Source: Candidatus Sericytochromatia bacterium (lineage in GTDB: Bacteria > Cyanobacteriota > Sericytochromatia > S15B-MN24 > UBA4093). Taken from it: DNA of 64,000 bases. The position numbers and the translations under genes are program-made. Below, in pieces: positions 19,856 to 28,631 of this stretch. The stretch lies in NCBI GenBank assembly GCA_036676985.1, contig JAKFBU010000006.1:15067-79066 (forward strand), written 5' to 3'. The notes under the pieces were generated by a model, which was given only the letters and a program-made list of their open reading frames with translations, was not told where the DNA came from and made no database searches. Within the stretch, counting starts at the first letter, position 1. Each line of letters begins with the position of its first letter.

Positions 19856-20689
19856 CTAGCGCGAGGCGGCCGCCGAGGGCACGGGCTCGGGAGGCAGGCC
19901 CATCGAGATGAGCGTGTACTGGGTGATCATGTGCGCCGACATGTCCTCGTCACGGGGCACCACGGGGATCTCGAAGGTCCTGGACTCCTCGGGCTTGCCG
20001 CCGTAGTTGTAGTAGGCGACCTTGGCCACGAAGGCCGTCTCGGCCCACTCCGCCACCATGATCGTGTTGGAGTACTGGAACGCGAAGCGCCACTTGCCGT
20101 TGACCAGCTCGCGCTTGGCGCCGCCCACGTACTCGGCCGTCTGGCCGATCATCGGCGGAGCCCAGCCGAAGAAGCCGCCCGCGGAGCCCGTGGCCTCCTT
20201 GGTGACGGTGTCGGGCGGGGCCTGCGTCCAGTCGAGCTCGTCCAGCTTGCCCGTCATGGCGAGCACCTGCTTCCAGTCCTTCATGCCGGGAGGCAGGGGC
20301 ATGTTGCGGATCTGCTCGTCGGTCATGCCCGCGAACTGCGGGTGCTTGCGCAGGGCGTCGAAGATCTTCTTGTTGGGATCCTCGGTGGGCCGCGGCGTCG
20401 GCTTGGGAGCGGGCTTGGCCGCCACCTTCGCGGCCTGGGGCTTGGGATCGGGCCGCTTGGCGACCTGGGGCGGCTCCTTTTTCTTCTTCTTGGGGTACTG
20501 GATCGTGCCCTGCTGCGGGGTCTGCAGCTTGGGCTGCAGCTTGGCGAGCTCGACCAGCGCCATGGTCACGTGCGGGGTCGGCATGGGCTGGGGCATGATC
20601 CGGCGCACCGAACTGGCGGCGGGGATCGCGAGGATCCCCAGCACCAGGGTGTGGACGAGTATCGATGCTCCGAGCGAGCCGAAACGCAT
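19856..20689 (-). CDS. TonB/TolA-like single-TM Pro/Lys-rich protein
   Basis: N-terminal SILVH TM anchor (SxxxH), PK-rich linker and an uncharacterised C-terminal domain. Confidence 0.65.
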   Translation of the reverse strand: MRFGSLGASILVHTLVLGILAIPAASSVRRIMPQPMPTPHVTMALVELAKLQPKLQTPQQGTIQYPKKKKKEPPQVAKRPDPKPQAAKVAAKPAPKPTPRPTEDPNKKIFDALRKHPQFAGMTDEQIRNMPLPPGMKDWKQVLAMTGKLDELDWTQAPPDTVTKEATGSAGGFFGWAPPMIGQTAEYVGGAKRELVNGKWRFAFQYSNTIMVAEWAETAFVAKVAYYNYGGKPEESRTFEIPVVPRDEDMSAHMITQYTLISMGLPPEPVPSAAASR

Positions 20690-20700
20690 GGCTTACCTGC

Positions 20701-21777
20701 TTACTTGGTGGCGAAGGACCCGACGACGCGTTGCAAATCTTCCGGGTAGAGGTCGCCGTAGGCGTAGAGAAGCTGGTTGTCCTTCTCGGCGCCGAAGTAG
20801 TTGTAGGGCGCCTGGTAGCTCAGGTTGCTGAACTTGTCCACCAGGCCGAGCGCCATGGCCCCTGCCATGAGCGTCAGGAACATGTTGGGCTTGGGCCGGT
20901 ACGAGACGAACATCCAGTTGAGGCCGTCGGTGTAGTGCAAGAGCGCGATGCGCGTCCCGAACAGGGTCGCGAACTGCAGGCTGTGCAGCTGGAAGCCGGC
21001 GGGCACGTAGGTGGGCAACAGGACCTTCTGCCCGATGGCCTTCTCGGCCTCGGCGACGGTCTTGTAGGCGACGAAGCTGTTCTTCTGGTCCTGCTGGAGC
21101 TGGACGGTGTTGAGCTTGGCGGCGGGGAGGCCGACGGCCGTGTTGACCTGGCTGGTGGGCAGGAACTCCTCGTAGTAGCTCGTGAAGTAGGGCGCAACAC
21201 CCTTGCCCCAGGTGCGCTCCTCCTTGAGGACCTGATAGCTGTCGCGCGAGATCCAGAACCGGTGGCCCGGCGTCACGTAGCCGCGCAGGGGCTCGACGTC
21301 GAGCACGTAGCACGGGGTCATGGCGACGATCTGGTCGGGAACCTCGGACTCCGAGAGGATGCGCAGCGAGTAGTTCTTCTGGAGCTGGGCGGCGTTGGCC
21401 GAGACCAGGCCGAAGATGGTGCTCGCGGCTTCGTTGCTGCCGGTGGGGTTGTCGTTCTTGAAGAGCAGGTTCTCCGCGGGGAAGAAGACGTTGGCGCGGT
21501 TGTCCTTCATCCAGAGGTTGACGCCGTTGAGCGGGGTCGGGTCCTGGACGGTGACGCGGTAGTTGCGGTCATCCTGGAAGAAGACCCGCATGGTGGCCTT
21601 GAGGCTCAGGTTTTGACGGGTGAGCAGCTGGATGCGGGTGCCGGTGTAGGTGACGGTGCCCTGCGCCGCCAGCGTCCGCTGGACCAGCTCGGCCGGGGCG
21701 GGGGCTGCCAAGGCGGGAGCCGCGAGCGAGACGACCATGCTGGCCGAGAGCGCGACTTTCCAAAGCGTACGGTTCAT
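20701..21777 (-). CDS. MucB/RseB- or LolA-like periplasmic protein (C-terminal DUF4367-like)
   Basis: Signal peptide; YVLDVEP-GHRFWISRDSYQVLKEE; AEAEKAIGQKVLLPTYVPAGF; YTDGL. Confidence 0.7.
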   Translation of the reverse strand: MNRTLWKVALSASMVVSLAAPALAAPAPAELVQRTLAAQGTVTYTGTRIQLLTRQNLSLKATMRVFFQDDRNYRVTVQDPTPLNGVNLWMKDNRANVFFPAENLLFKNDNPTGSNEAASTIFGLVSANAAQLQKNYSLRILSESEVPDQIVAMTPCYVLDVEPLRGYVTPGHRFWISRDSYQVLKEERTWGKGVAPYFTSYYEEFLPTSQVNTAVGLPAAKLNTVQLQQDQKNSFVAYKTVAEAEKAIGQKVLLPTYVPAGFQLHSLQFATLFGTRIALLHYTDGLNWMFVSYRPKPNMFLTLMAGAMALGLVDKFSNLSYQAPYNYFGAEKDNQLLYAYGDLYPEDLQRVVGSFATK

Positions 21778-22006
21778 GCGCCATCCTTTATCCACGACGA
21801 CAGGGTTGCTGCATCTCTGACGACAGGGGGCCTCAATAGGTTCGCTCCGCGAGGCCTTCGCCCCCGGAGCGTTCAGATCCCTGATCATGGTAGCACCCCG
21901 CCTGGAAGCGGACAACGCTCGTCAAGACGGCTTGTATTGGCCGTCGCGGCCCCCAGCGGCCCGGTCGCTCGCTGGGAGGCGAGCGTGCGGAGGTTTGGCG
22001 CGATCG

Positions 22007-22246
22007 CTAGTGTTGGCGCTGCATGACGCGCTTGACGATGGCCCCGGCCATGGTTTCGTAATGCTCCTGCACGACCGTGAGGTTGTCCTCGGCGTCGGGT
22101 GGAAAGAGCTTGAGTACGATCTTCTGGGGGTTCTCGAGGTCGATGGTCCAGGGCAGGTACTGGGCCGCGGCTGCGTGCTCGTAGAACAGGATACCGCAGT
22201 AGAGGGGCCCATCTTCACGCTCGATCACGATGTCATCAATCTGCAT
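22007..22246 (-). CDS. Hypothetical protein
   Basis: 79-aa ORF with genome-typical codon use and an AAGGGG RBS. Confidence 0.6.
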   Translation of the reverse strand: MQIDDIVIEREDGPLYCGILFYEHAAAAQYLPWTIDLENPQKIVLKLFPPDAEDNLTVVQEHYETMAGAIVKRVMQRQH

Positions 22247-22411
22247 GGCGGCCCCCTTCATCGACGCTGAGGTGCGCAAGGCCACTATACCCGCTTGATG
22301 GCGGCGGGGGCGGCATTTCATTAAGATTTAATCCGCTCGTAGGGCCCGTGCGGCGGGGGCGGGGGGATGGTAGGATCCGCCATGGGGCCGGGGGATGCCA
22401 GGGAGGAGCCC

Positions 22412-22699
22412 ATGTTCGAGCCAGAGGTCGACCTCGTCACCACGCACCGGGTGCAGCTGAGCACCGGGGAGGCCGTGGTGTTCGATCAGAGCCTGTGGGG
22501 CAAGGTCATCGAGGTGCGCGAGCTGCACGTGGGGCCCGGCCGGTACTGGCTGGACGACTACGTCGCCACCGCGCGGCTCCGGCAGCTGCTGGAGGCCTCG
22601 ACTATCGGGGGTGAGTGGGCCTTTGAGGAGACGCACGGGCTGTGTGCGGAGGTGCGGGACGAGATTCACGCGCTGATTGGTCGCTTCGCGGACGACTGA
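22412..22699 (+). CDS. Hypothetical protein
   Basis: ATG after GGAGGAG; typical codon bias. Confidence 0.6.
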   Translation: MFEPEVDLVTTHRVQLSTGEAVVFDQSLWGKVIEVRELHVGPGRYWLDDYVATARLRQLLEASTIGGEWAFEETHGLCAEVRDEIHALIGRFADD

Positions 22700-22709
22700 G
22701 TCGAGAGTC

Positions 22710-22794
22710 TAAGGAACCGTTCGCCTTTCGACCTGGCTCAAGCCTGTCCTGAGCTTGTCGAAGGGACGAACGGTTCCTTTTGTGCATGAAGACT
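22710..22794. repeat. REP/MITE-like element (family A), second copy
   Basis: AAGGAACCGTTCG...CGAACGGTTCCTT hairpin. Shares CCGTTCGCCTTTCGACCTGG and GTGCATGAAGACT (reverse complement) with 1356-1416. Confidence 0.75.
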
Positions 22795-22824
22795 CGCAGG
22801 GCTTGGCCTTCCAGCCGCCAAGCG

Positions 22825-23565
22825 CTAGTGAGCGGCGGGCGGGGCCTCGGCTTCTTCGTCGCGGTTGGGCTTGGGGAAGTCCAGCTTGCCGTCGTTGCGG
22901 TAGACGTAGTCGAACCGCACCGCGTCGTGGGAGAGCTTGTGCAGGAGGACCTTCGCGACGAAGGTGTGCTTCTTACCCTTCGGCTTGCCGAGCTCGCCGA
23001 GCTCCATGGCCTCGATCTTCACGCCGATGACGTCCCCGGGCTTCAGGTTCCAGACGGCCGACTGCTCGTTGGCCGTCGGCTTCAGCCACTTGTTGGCGGG
23101 AATGGTCCGCACGGAGTCGAAGTCGACCTGGCCGAGGGGCGCAAAGACGACCTTGTGCTGCCTGGAGTCGATGCTGAGCAGCGAGTGACCCGGGTGGAGC
23201 GGGTCCGAGGCCGGGTTGGACTTGAAGCGGAAGTGGGCGCGCCACTCCTCTTCTTCGTTCTTGATCTCCTGGCCGTCGTTGAGGTTGATGGCGTTGGTCT
23301 GCCAGTAGCCCTCGCCCAGGTCGTAGTACTTGAGTACCGCATCGGTGCCCCAGGTGAAGTGCTGGGGATAGAGGGTGGTGTAGGCCTTCTTGGGGGGCGG
23401 ATCCGGCACGAACGGGGCCTTGAAGACCACGCCCTGCATGGGGGGCTTCTCGGCGGCGGCGTTCTGGACCATGAGCCGTAGGGCGGCCTGGTTGCGCGGG
23501 TCGGCCCCGAAGAGCCCCGCGCCGGCGAGGCCGAGCCCCACCATGAAGACGAGCGCTTTGTTCAT
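22825..23565 (-). CDS. Hypothetical exported protein
   Basis: N-terminal hydrophobic signal; strong GC3 codon bias. Confidence 0.7.
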   Translation of the reverse strand: MNKALVFMVGLGLAGAGLFGADPRNQAALRLMVQNAAAEKPPMQGVVFKAPFVPDPPPKKAYTTLYPQHFTWGTDAVLKYYDLGEGYWQTNAINLNDGQEIKNEEEEWRAHFRFKSNPASDPLHPGHSLLSIDSRQHKVVFAPLGQVDFDSVRTIPANKWLKPTANEQSAVWNLKPGDVIGVKIEAMELGELGKPKGKKHTFVAKVLLHKLSHDAVRFDYVYRNDGKLDFPKPNRDEEAEAPPAAH

Positions 23566-23574
23566 ACCCCCCGC

Positions 23575-23600
23575 ATACCCGCCGGTCGGCGTCGTCTAAC
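23575..23600 (-). promoter_or_regulatory. SigB/SigF-type promoter
   Basis: GTTA-N16-GGGTAT on the minus strand, just upstream of the 23565 start. Confidence 0.5.
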
Positions 23601-23651
23601 GGTTGCCCGGCTCGATCCGACCGTTGCCGAGGCGTCGTCCGGAGCCGTATA

Positions 23652-24890
23652 ATGAACCGTCCTTGCGCATCCCAACGAGGTTTGACCGTGCCAGCCACCC
23701 CCGATCCCCGCGCCGGCCGCGGACGTCCCGTGGGCTCCCAGCGACGCCCCGCCACCACCCGCTCCAAAGCCCTCAAGCTCCCAGCCGTCGGCGTGGAGAC
23801 CATGCAGGCCCTGGCCGCGGCCCTCGGGGCCAGCCTGTTGCTGTCCTGGGTGCTCCAGTTCGTGACTGGGGTCTGCGACGCGTACCCGGCCATCGCCACG
23901 GGCCTCGCCCTGTTCAACGCGGGTCTGGCGATCGCGACGGCCGCGGCGGCGGTGCAGCGCGGCTACGCGCGGGAGCTCGCCTTCCCGCTCGCGGGCGTGG
24001 TGGTCCTCGGGTCGTGCCTGGTGCTCTGGGCGCAGAGCTCCTACCGCTCGTCGCTCGCGGGGGCGCCGGGATACACCGTGCCGCACCAGCCCCTCTCCTA
24101 TGGCCCCAACGCCAAGGAGATCACGCTGACGACCGCGGACGGCGTCAATCTGAAGGCCACCTATCTCGGCAAGGGCGCGGGCGTGGGCCTGGTGCTCGTG
24201 CCAGGCTGGGCCTCGGAGCGGGATGGGTTTGCGATCGCCTCTCTGGCGCAGTGGCTCGCGCCGCGCTTCGACGTGCTGGTGCTGGATCAGCGCGGCAAGG
24301 GCGGCAGCGGCGGGACGCTCACGCCGGATCTCAAGAGCAAGTACGACTTTCTGGCGGCGGTGGCCTACCTGAACGCGCATGGCGCTTCCCAGGTGGGCGT
24401 GCTGGCCGAGCGCGAGGCGGCCCTGCCGGCCCTGATGGCGGCGGCGGAGCAGGGCGACATTCGCAGCCTGGCGCTCGCGGCGCCGAGCGGGCGCTGGGGC
24501 GAGGCGCCCCTGAAGGCGTCGTTCTTCCGGGATCCGTCCAATTTCTTCGGGCGGCTGTACTGGCGCGTGGGCGCGGGCGTGCGGATCGCGGGCGGGCAGG
24601 GGCCGGAGACGGCGGAGCTGTTGACCAAGGGTTCCGGGGCGCCGATCTTGCTCTTGGGTAGCAAGGAGGACCCGCAGGGGCTCTTGCGGCAGCTGCACCT
24701 GATAGCACCCGAGCCGCGCAGCCTGCGGGTCTTCGCGGGGCAGGGCTCGCCCGTGGCGTGGAGCGACTTCCAGGCGTATTACCACACGCTGTCGCAGTGG
24801 TTCAGCCTGACGTTGGCGGAGACCGAGAGCCGGGCGACGGTGCTGCCGGGGGCGGCGCCCGAGGCGACGGAGTCGGTGGTCGCGCCGTAG
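23652..24890 (+). CDS. Membrane-anchored alpha/beta-hydrolase-fold protein (catalytic motifs degenerate; start uncertain)
   Basis: 3 TM helices, then ITLTTADGVNLKATY, LVPGW and DQRGKGGSGG. The nucleophile elbow reads VLAEREAA. Confidence 0.75.
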   Translation: MNRPCASQRGLTVPATPDPRAGRGRPVGSQRRPATTRSKALKLPAVGVETMQALAAALGASLLLSWVLQFVTGVCDAYPAIATGLALFNAGLAIATAAAAVQRGYARELAFPLAGVVVLGSCLVLWAQSSYRSSLAGAPGYTVPHQPLSYGPNAKEITLTTADGVNLKATYLGKGAGVGLVLVPGWASERDGFAIASLAQWLAPRFDVLVLDQRGKGGSGGTLTPDLKSKYDFLAAVAYLNAHGASQVGVLAEREAALPALMAAAEQGDIRSLALAAPSGRWGEAPLKASFFRDPSNFFGRLYWRVGAGVRIAGGQGPETAELLTKGSGAPILLLGSKEDPQGLLRQLHLIAPEPRSLRVFAGQGSPVAWSDFQAYYHTLSQWFSLTLAETESRATVLPGAAPEATESVVAP

Positions 24891-24928
24891 CGCGACGAGA
24901 ACATGCGCCAGAACGCAGGTTGCCGCTC

Positions 24929-25019
24929 CGTCATTCTCGCGAAAGCGGGAATCCACCGTCGCCCACCCAGGCGGCTTCCGTAGAGGCTGTTCTGGACCCC
25001 CACTTTCGCGAGGGTGACG
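24929..25019. repeat. Palindromic REP-like element (family B, CGTCATTC-CGCGAAAGCGGGAATCCA type)
   Basis: Inverted arms CGTCATTCTCGCGAAAGCGGGAATCCA and TGGACCCCCACTTTCGCGAGGGTGACG, between convergent genes. Confidence 0.75.
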
Positions 25020-25066
25020 CCTAGCCTGCCAATTCCTGGGATGCCCTTTCGGAGACACCGATGCGA

Positions 25067-25103
25067 CGAGCCCCTGTGCCGAGGCACGGGGGCTCGCTTT
25101 ATT
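25067..25103. terminator. Intrinsic terminator hairpin
   Basis: CGAGCCCCTGTGCC-GA-GGCACGGGGGCTCG followed by CTTTATT. Confidence 0.6.
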
Positions 25104-25107
25104 CTGG

Positions 25108-26628
25108 CTAGAACTTGGGGGGACCGGAGCTGGGCTCGGCGCCGCCCGCGGGGCCCTCGCCGCCCGTGTTGACCTCCGCGGTCGACTGCAGACGGGTCTG
25201 GATGCGCGGCGTCACGATCAGCACGATGTCCGTCTGCACCTCGTCCGTCGTCGTCCGCCGGAAGGCCGCCCCGAGCAACGGGATGTCGCCCAGGATGGGC
25301 ACCTTCGACGTCGACTGCACCATCTGCGTCCGCTTCAGGCCGCCGATGACGATGCTCTCGTTGTCCCGCACCCGCATGGTCGTCTGGACGGTGCGCGTGT
25401 CCACCGGAGGCAGGTTGCCCGGCGCCGCCGTGCCCGCCACGCTGACCGTCGGGTTCAGCTCCAGCGTCACGAAGCCCGCCGTGTCCACCCGCGGCTTGAT
25501 CTGCAGCGTCTGGTTGACGTCCACGAACTCCTGGCTCGTCACCACCACCCGGTCGTTGGACGTGACCTTGGTGTAGGGGATCTTGTTGGTGATGGTGATG
25601 GTGGCCTGCTGGTTGTCCTGCGCGACCACCTTCGGGTTCGCCATCACCTTCGCGAGGCCGTTCTGCACCAGGGCGTCGATGCGCGCGTTGAAGTTGGCCG
25701 TGAAGTTGCCCAGCGCGTTGTAGGAGAGCGCGATGCCGCCCGCCCCCGTGCTCGGGTTGCCCGCCTGGTTGCCGGCGCCGCCCGCCGTGCCGTCCGGGTT
25801 CGGGTTGTTGAAGCCCGCGCCGAACTTGGCGCCGCCGAAGCCGTAGTTGACGCCGAGCTGGCGCGAGCCGGTCTCGGTGGTCTCCAGCATCTTCACTTCG
25901 ATCTCGACCTGCGGGGTCGGCACGTCCAGGAGCGCCTTGAGGGCCCGCGCCCGGTCGATGAGCTCCTCGGGGGCCGTGACCAAGAGCGAGTTCGTGCGGT
26001 CGTCCTTGATGATCTTGATGTTGGGGTCCGACGTGGGCGAGCCCGCCGCCGCACCGCCGCCCGGAGCCGGGGTGCCGGCGGCCGGCGTGCCGCCGTTCGC
26101 CGACTGCGCGTCCGTCAGGGCCTGCTTGAAGATGGTCTCGACCTCGGTGACCTTGGCGTTGTCGAAGCGCAGCAAGATCGTCTGGGTGCCCGAGAAGCCC
26201 TTCTTGCGGAAGACCTCCTCGGTGGCGATGAGCAGCGTGGTGCCCATGCGTCGGGCGATGAGGTTCTTCATCTTCAGGACCAGGTTGAAGGCCTCGTCCA
26301 GGGGTACGGCCTTGAGCGCCAGCGACACGGAGCCCGTCACCGACTCGTCGATGATGAGGTTCATCCCGCCCTTCTTGCCCATCATCTCGAGGGTGGCCCG
26401 CACGTCGGCGTTGGCCATCGTCAGCGTGAGCAGGGTGGGGTTGCTGATGAGCTTGGGCCGGTCGGTCCCGATGGTCTTGTCGGTCACGGCGTTGAACCCG
26501 CCCGCAGGGGCGGTGGCGGCCACGGCCGGCAGCGCGGCCCCGAGCAGGACGCTCGCGGCGAGGAGGGGCGAGAGGGCCCGTCGGGCGGACCTGCTTGCCA
26601 GGGGCAAGCCGAGCATCGACTTTATCAT
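25108..26628 (-). CDS. pilQ: Type IV pilus secretin
   Basis: STN/N3 domains (NLIIDESVTG, DDRTNSLLV) and secretin motifs PQVEIE, IVIGGL, KVPILGDIPLLG and IVTPRI. The ATG overlaps the upstream stop (ATGA). The 1068-aa ORF in the track is over-extended. Confidence 0.9.
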   Translation of the reverse strand: MIKSMLGLPLASRSARRALSPLLAASVLLGAALPAVAATAPAGGFNAVTDKTIGTDRPKLISNPTLLTLTMANADVRATLEMMGKKGGMNLIIDESVTGSVSLALKAVPLDEAFNLVLKMKNLIARRMGTTLLIATEEVFRKKGFSGTQTILLRFDNAKVTEVETIFKQALTDAQSANGGTPAAGTPAPGGGAAAGSPTSDPNIKIIKDDRTNSLLVTAPEELIDRARALKALLDVPTPQVEIEVKMLETTETGSRQLGVNYGFGGAKFGAGFNNPNPDGTAGGAGNQAGNPSTGAGGIALSYNALGNFTANFNARIDALVQNGLAKVMANPKVVAQDNQQATITITNKIPYTKVTSNDRVVVTSQEFVDVNQTLQIKPRVDTAGFVTLELNPTVSVAGTAAPGNLPPVDTRTVQTTMRVRDNESIVIGGLKRTQMVQSTSKVPILGDIPLLGAAFRRTTTDEVQTDIVLIVTPRIQTRLQSTAEVNTGGEGPAGGAEPSSGPPKF

Positions 26629-27449
26629 TGAGCGTCCGCTCCTCCTATGGCTTTGGGGAACCGGCGGCCGTTGAGCATCAGCACGACCTTGTTGCTTTCG
26701 ATCTTCACGACGCGTGCGCCGTCCTCGAGCACCTCGCCCAGCTTGGCCTCGCGGGTCGAGCCGTCGAGCTCGAGCAGGGCCATCTGCTCGCGGCCCGTGT
26801 TGAGGACGCCCGCGAGGTTCCACTTGGGGATGACCAAGGGGCCGCGCGCCGGCTCGTCGCCGGCCTCGGGCGGGTCGATCACCACCTCGCGGTTGCCCTG
26901 GGCGTTGATCCGGGTCGCCACCTTCACCTTGGGCGTCGTGAGGGTCTTCTGGGGGATGACCTTCACGGGCCGGAACTCCGGGGCGATGGGCAGGGGCTGG
27001 ATGAGCGTGGGATCCGGGTTGATGAGCGCCACGAAGGGGTCCTCGCGGCCCGAGTTCTCGCGCGCCATGCGCACCAGGTCCGCCTTGGTGGTCGCCTTGA
27101 TGTGCTCGTTCTGGGCCGGGGCCACCGCGCCGAACTCGGGGTTGTTCGCCACCGGGCCCGTGGGAGCGGCCGCCTGCGCGGGCTCGGCTCCCGGAGGCGC
27201 CGCCAGGGTGATCTTGGGCTGGGCGGCCGGCTGGGCCGCCGCCGCGGGCTTGGCCTTGGGTGCAGCGGGCTTGGACGATCTGCCCACCAGGCCGTCGACC
27301 ACCAGCGCGGGATGCGGCGTGGCGCCGAGCGGCTCCGCGTTCACCGGCGACAAGGAGAGGTTCTGGGCGTACAGCAGGCTGCCCAGCCCCAGCGTCGTGA
27401 GCGCTGGGATGATCATCACTTGTTGGAAGGTGATTCGGCGGGTCGTCAT
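26625..27449 (-). CDS. PilP-like alignment protein
   Basis: Lies between pilO and pilQ; GREDPF motif and C-terminal LAGVL...VVKIESNKVVL beta domain. Confidence 0.65.
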   Translation of the reverse strand: MTTRRITFQQVMIIPALTTLGLGSLLYAQNLSLSPVNAEPLGATPHPALVVDGLVGRSSKPAAPKAKPAAAAQPAAQPKITLAAPPGAEPAQAAAPTGPVANNPEFGAVAPAQNEHIKATTKADLVRMARENSGREDPFVALINPDPTLIQPLPIAPEFRPVKVIPQKTLTTPKVKVATRINAQGNREVVIDPPEAGDEPARGPLVIPKWNLAGVLNTGREQMALLELDGSTREAKLGEVLEDGARVVKIESNKVVLMLNGRRFPKAIGGADAQ

Positions 27450-27461
27450 CGGAGGGCCCTC

Positions 27462-28046
27462 TTATTGGTTGAGCGCATAGGTGGTCAGCGTGAAGTTCAC
27501 CTGGAGCTCGTTGCCGAGTTTGCTGTCGCCGGAGGGGCTCAAGGTGGGGTTCTCGATGGTCAGCACGCGCTCGTAGCGGCTGAGCATGTCGAACAAGAGG
27601 ATGACGGAGGGGTAGCTGCCCTTGGCCTGGATGTCGATGCTGATCTTGCCCAGGTCCTTGAGGGAGGCCTGGGTCAGCATCGTGAACTCCTTGGGCTGGA
27701 AGCTGAGGAGCTGGTTGTGCGAGTCGGTGAAGATCTTCTGCAGGTCCACGAGCAGGATCGAGAGGATCTGCCCCCGTGGGGGAAAGCGGCTGCGCAGGGT
27801 GCCGAGGTTCTGCTGGACGCGGGCTAGGCGCTCGCGGGCCTGGGGCTCGGTCAAGGTCTGGCGGCGCGCCTGCTCCTGGGCCGCCTTGGTCTCGTCGAGC
27901 TGGCCGCGCAGCGCCATCCACTCCTGGATCTTGGGCAGGTCGTTCTGCATGAACAGCGCCAGGCCCATCGCGACGGCCAGGCCGATGACCCCGAGCTTCA
28001 TCTGCTCGGGCGTGATGGTGCGGCCGAAGAGCTGAATGTTCTCCAT
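27462..28046 (-). CDS. pilO: Type IV pilus assembly protein PilO
   Basis: TM plus coiled coil; GSYPSVILLFDMLSRYERVL; operon position. Confidence 0.8.
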   Translation of the reverse strand: MENIQLFGRTITPEQMKLGVIGLAVAMGLALFMQNDLPKIQEWMALRGQLDETKAAQEQARRQTLTEPQARERLARVQQNLGTLRSRFPPRGQILSILLVDLQKIFTDSHNQLLSFQPKEFTMLTQASLKDLGKISIDIQAKGSYPSVILLFDMLSRYERVLTIENPTLSPSGDSKLGNELQVNFTLTTYALNQ

Positions 28047-28631
28047 TTAGCCTCCGACCGGGTTCGCGGACAGATCGCAGTCGACCGTGAAGCGGATCAC
28101 GGTCTGGGGCCCCATGGTCTCCGACTGGAGGCCGCCGAGCACCGGGTGGTTGAAGTTCCCGGCGTTCTGGAGGTTGGTGTAGAAGAAGGCGATGGAGCGG
28201 TAGTCGAGGGCCGTGCCCTCGAGCTTGAGCTTGGAGCCGCCCTCGATGGCCAGGCGCGTCAGCCACATGTCGGTGGGCGTGAGGTCGCGGACCTCCTCGA
28301 GCACCGTCTTCCACGCGCCCGTCTGCTTGGCGAGCGTGAGCAGCGTGTTGTAGTCCCCTTCCAGGGCCTCGGCCTGCTTCTGGATGGACTCGATTTCCTT
28401 GCTCTTGGCCCGGCTCTGCGTCGTGCTCTGCTGGAGCTGCTGGATCTCGGCGTTGGTCGGGGCGATGAAGAAGTTGTCCAGCACCATGGCGATGAGGGTC
28501 GGCAGCAGGAAGGCCCCCGCGAGCCCGCCGACCGCTGCGATCAACAGACCGGGGTCGATGTCGAGCTCAGGGGCCAGGGCCAGCTTGGAGGCGGGGCGAT
28601 CGCCGATCAGGTTGATGTTGATCGTCTTCAT
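28047..28631 (-). CDS. pilN: Type IV pilus assembly protein PilN
   Basis: N-terminal ININL motif, TM, coiled coil and PTDMWLT. Confidence 0.85.
   Translation of the reverse strand: MKTININLIGDRPASKLALAPELDIDPGLLIAAVGGLAGAFLLPTLIAMVLDNFFIAPTNAEIQQLQQSTTQSRAKSKEIESIQKQAEALEGDYNTLLTLAKQTGAWKTVLEEVRDLTPTDMWLTRLAIEGGSKLKLEGTALDYRSIAFFYTNLQNAGNFNHPVLGGLQSETMGPQTVIRFTVDCDLSANPVGG

Noticed and set aside
25108-28314. 1068-aa ORF suggesting a giant secretin fusion
   Set aside because: The first ~560 codons are an alternative frame over pilN/O/P. The real pilQ starts at 26628 with a signal peptide and an ATGA overlap.
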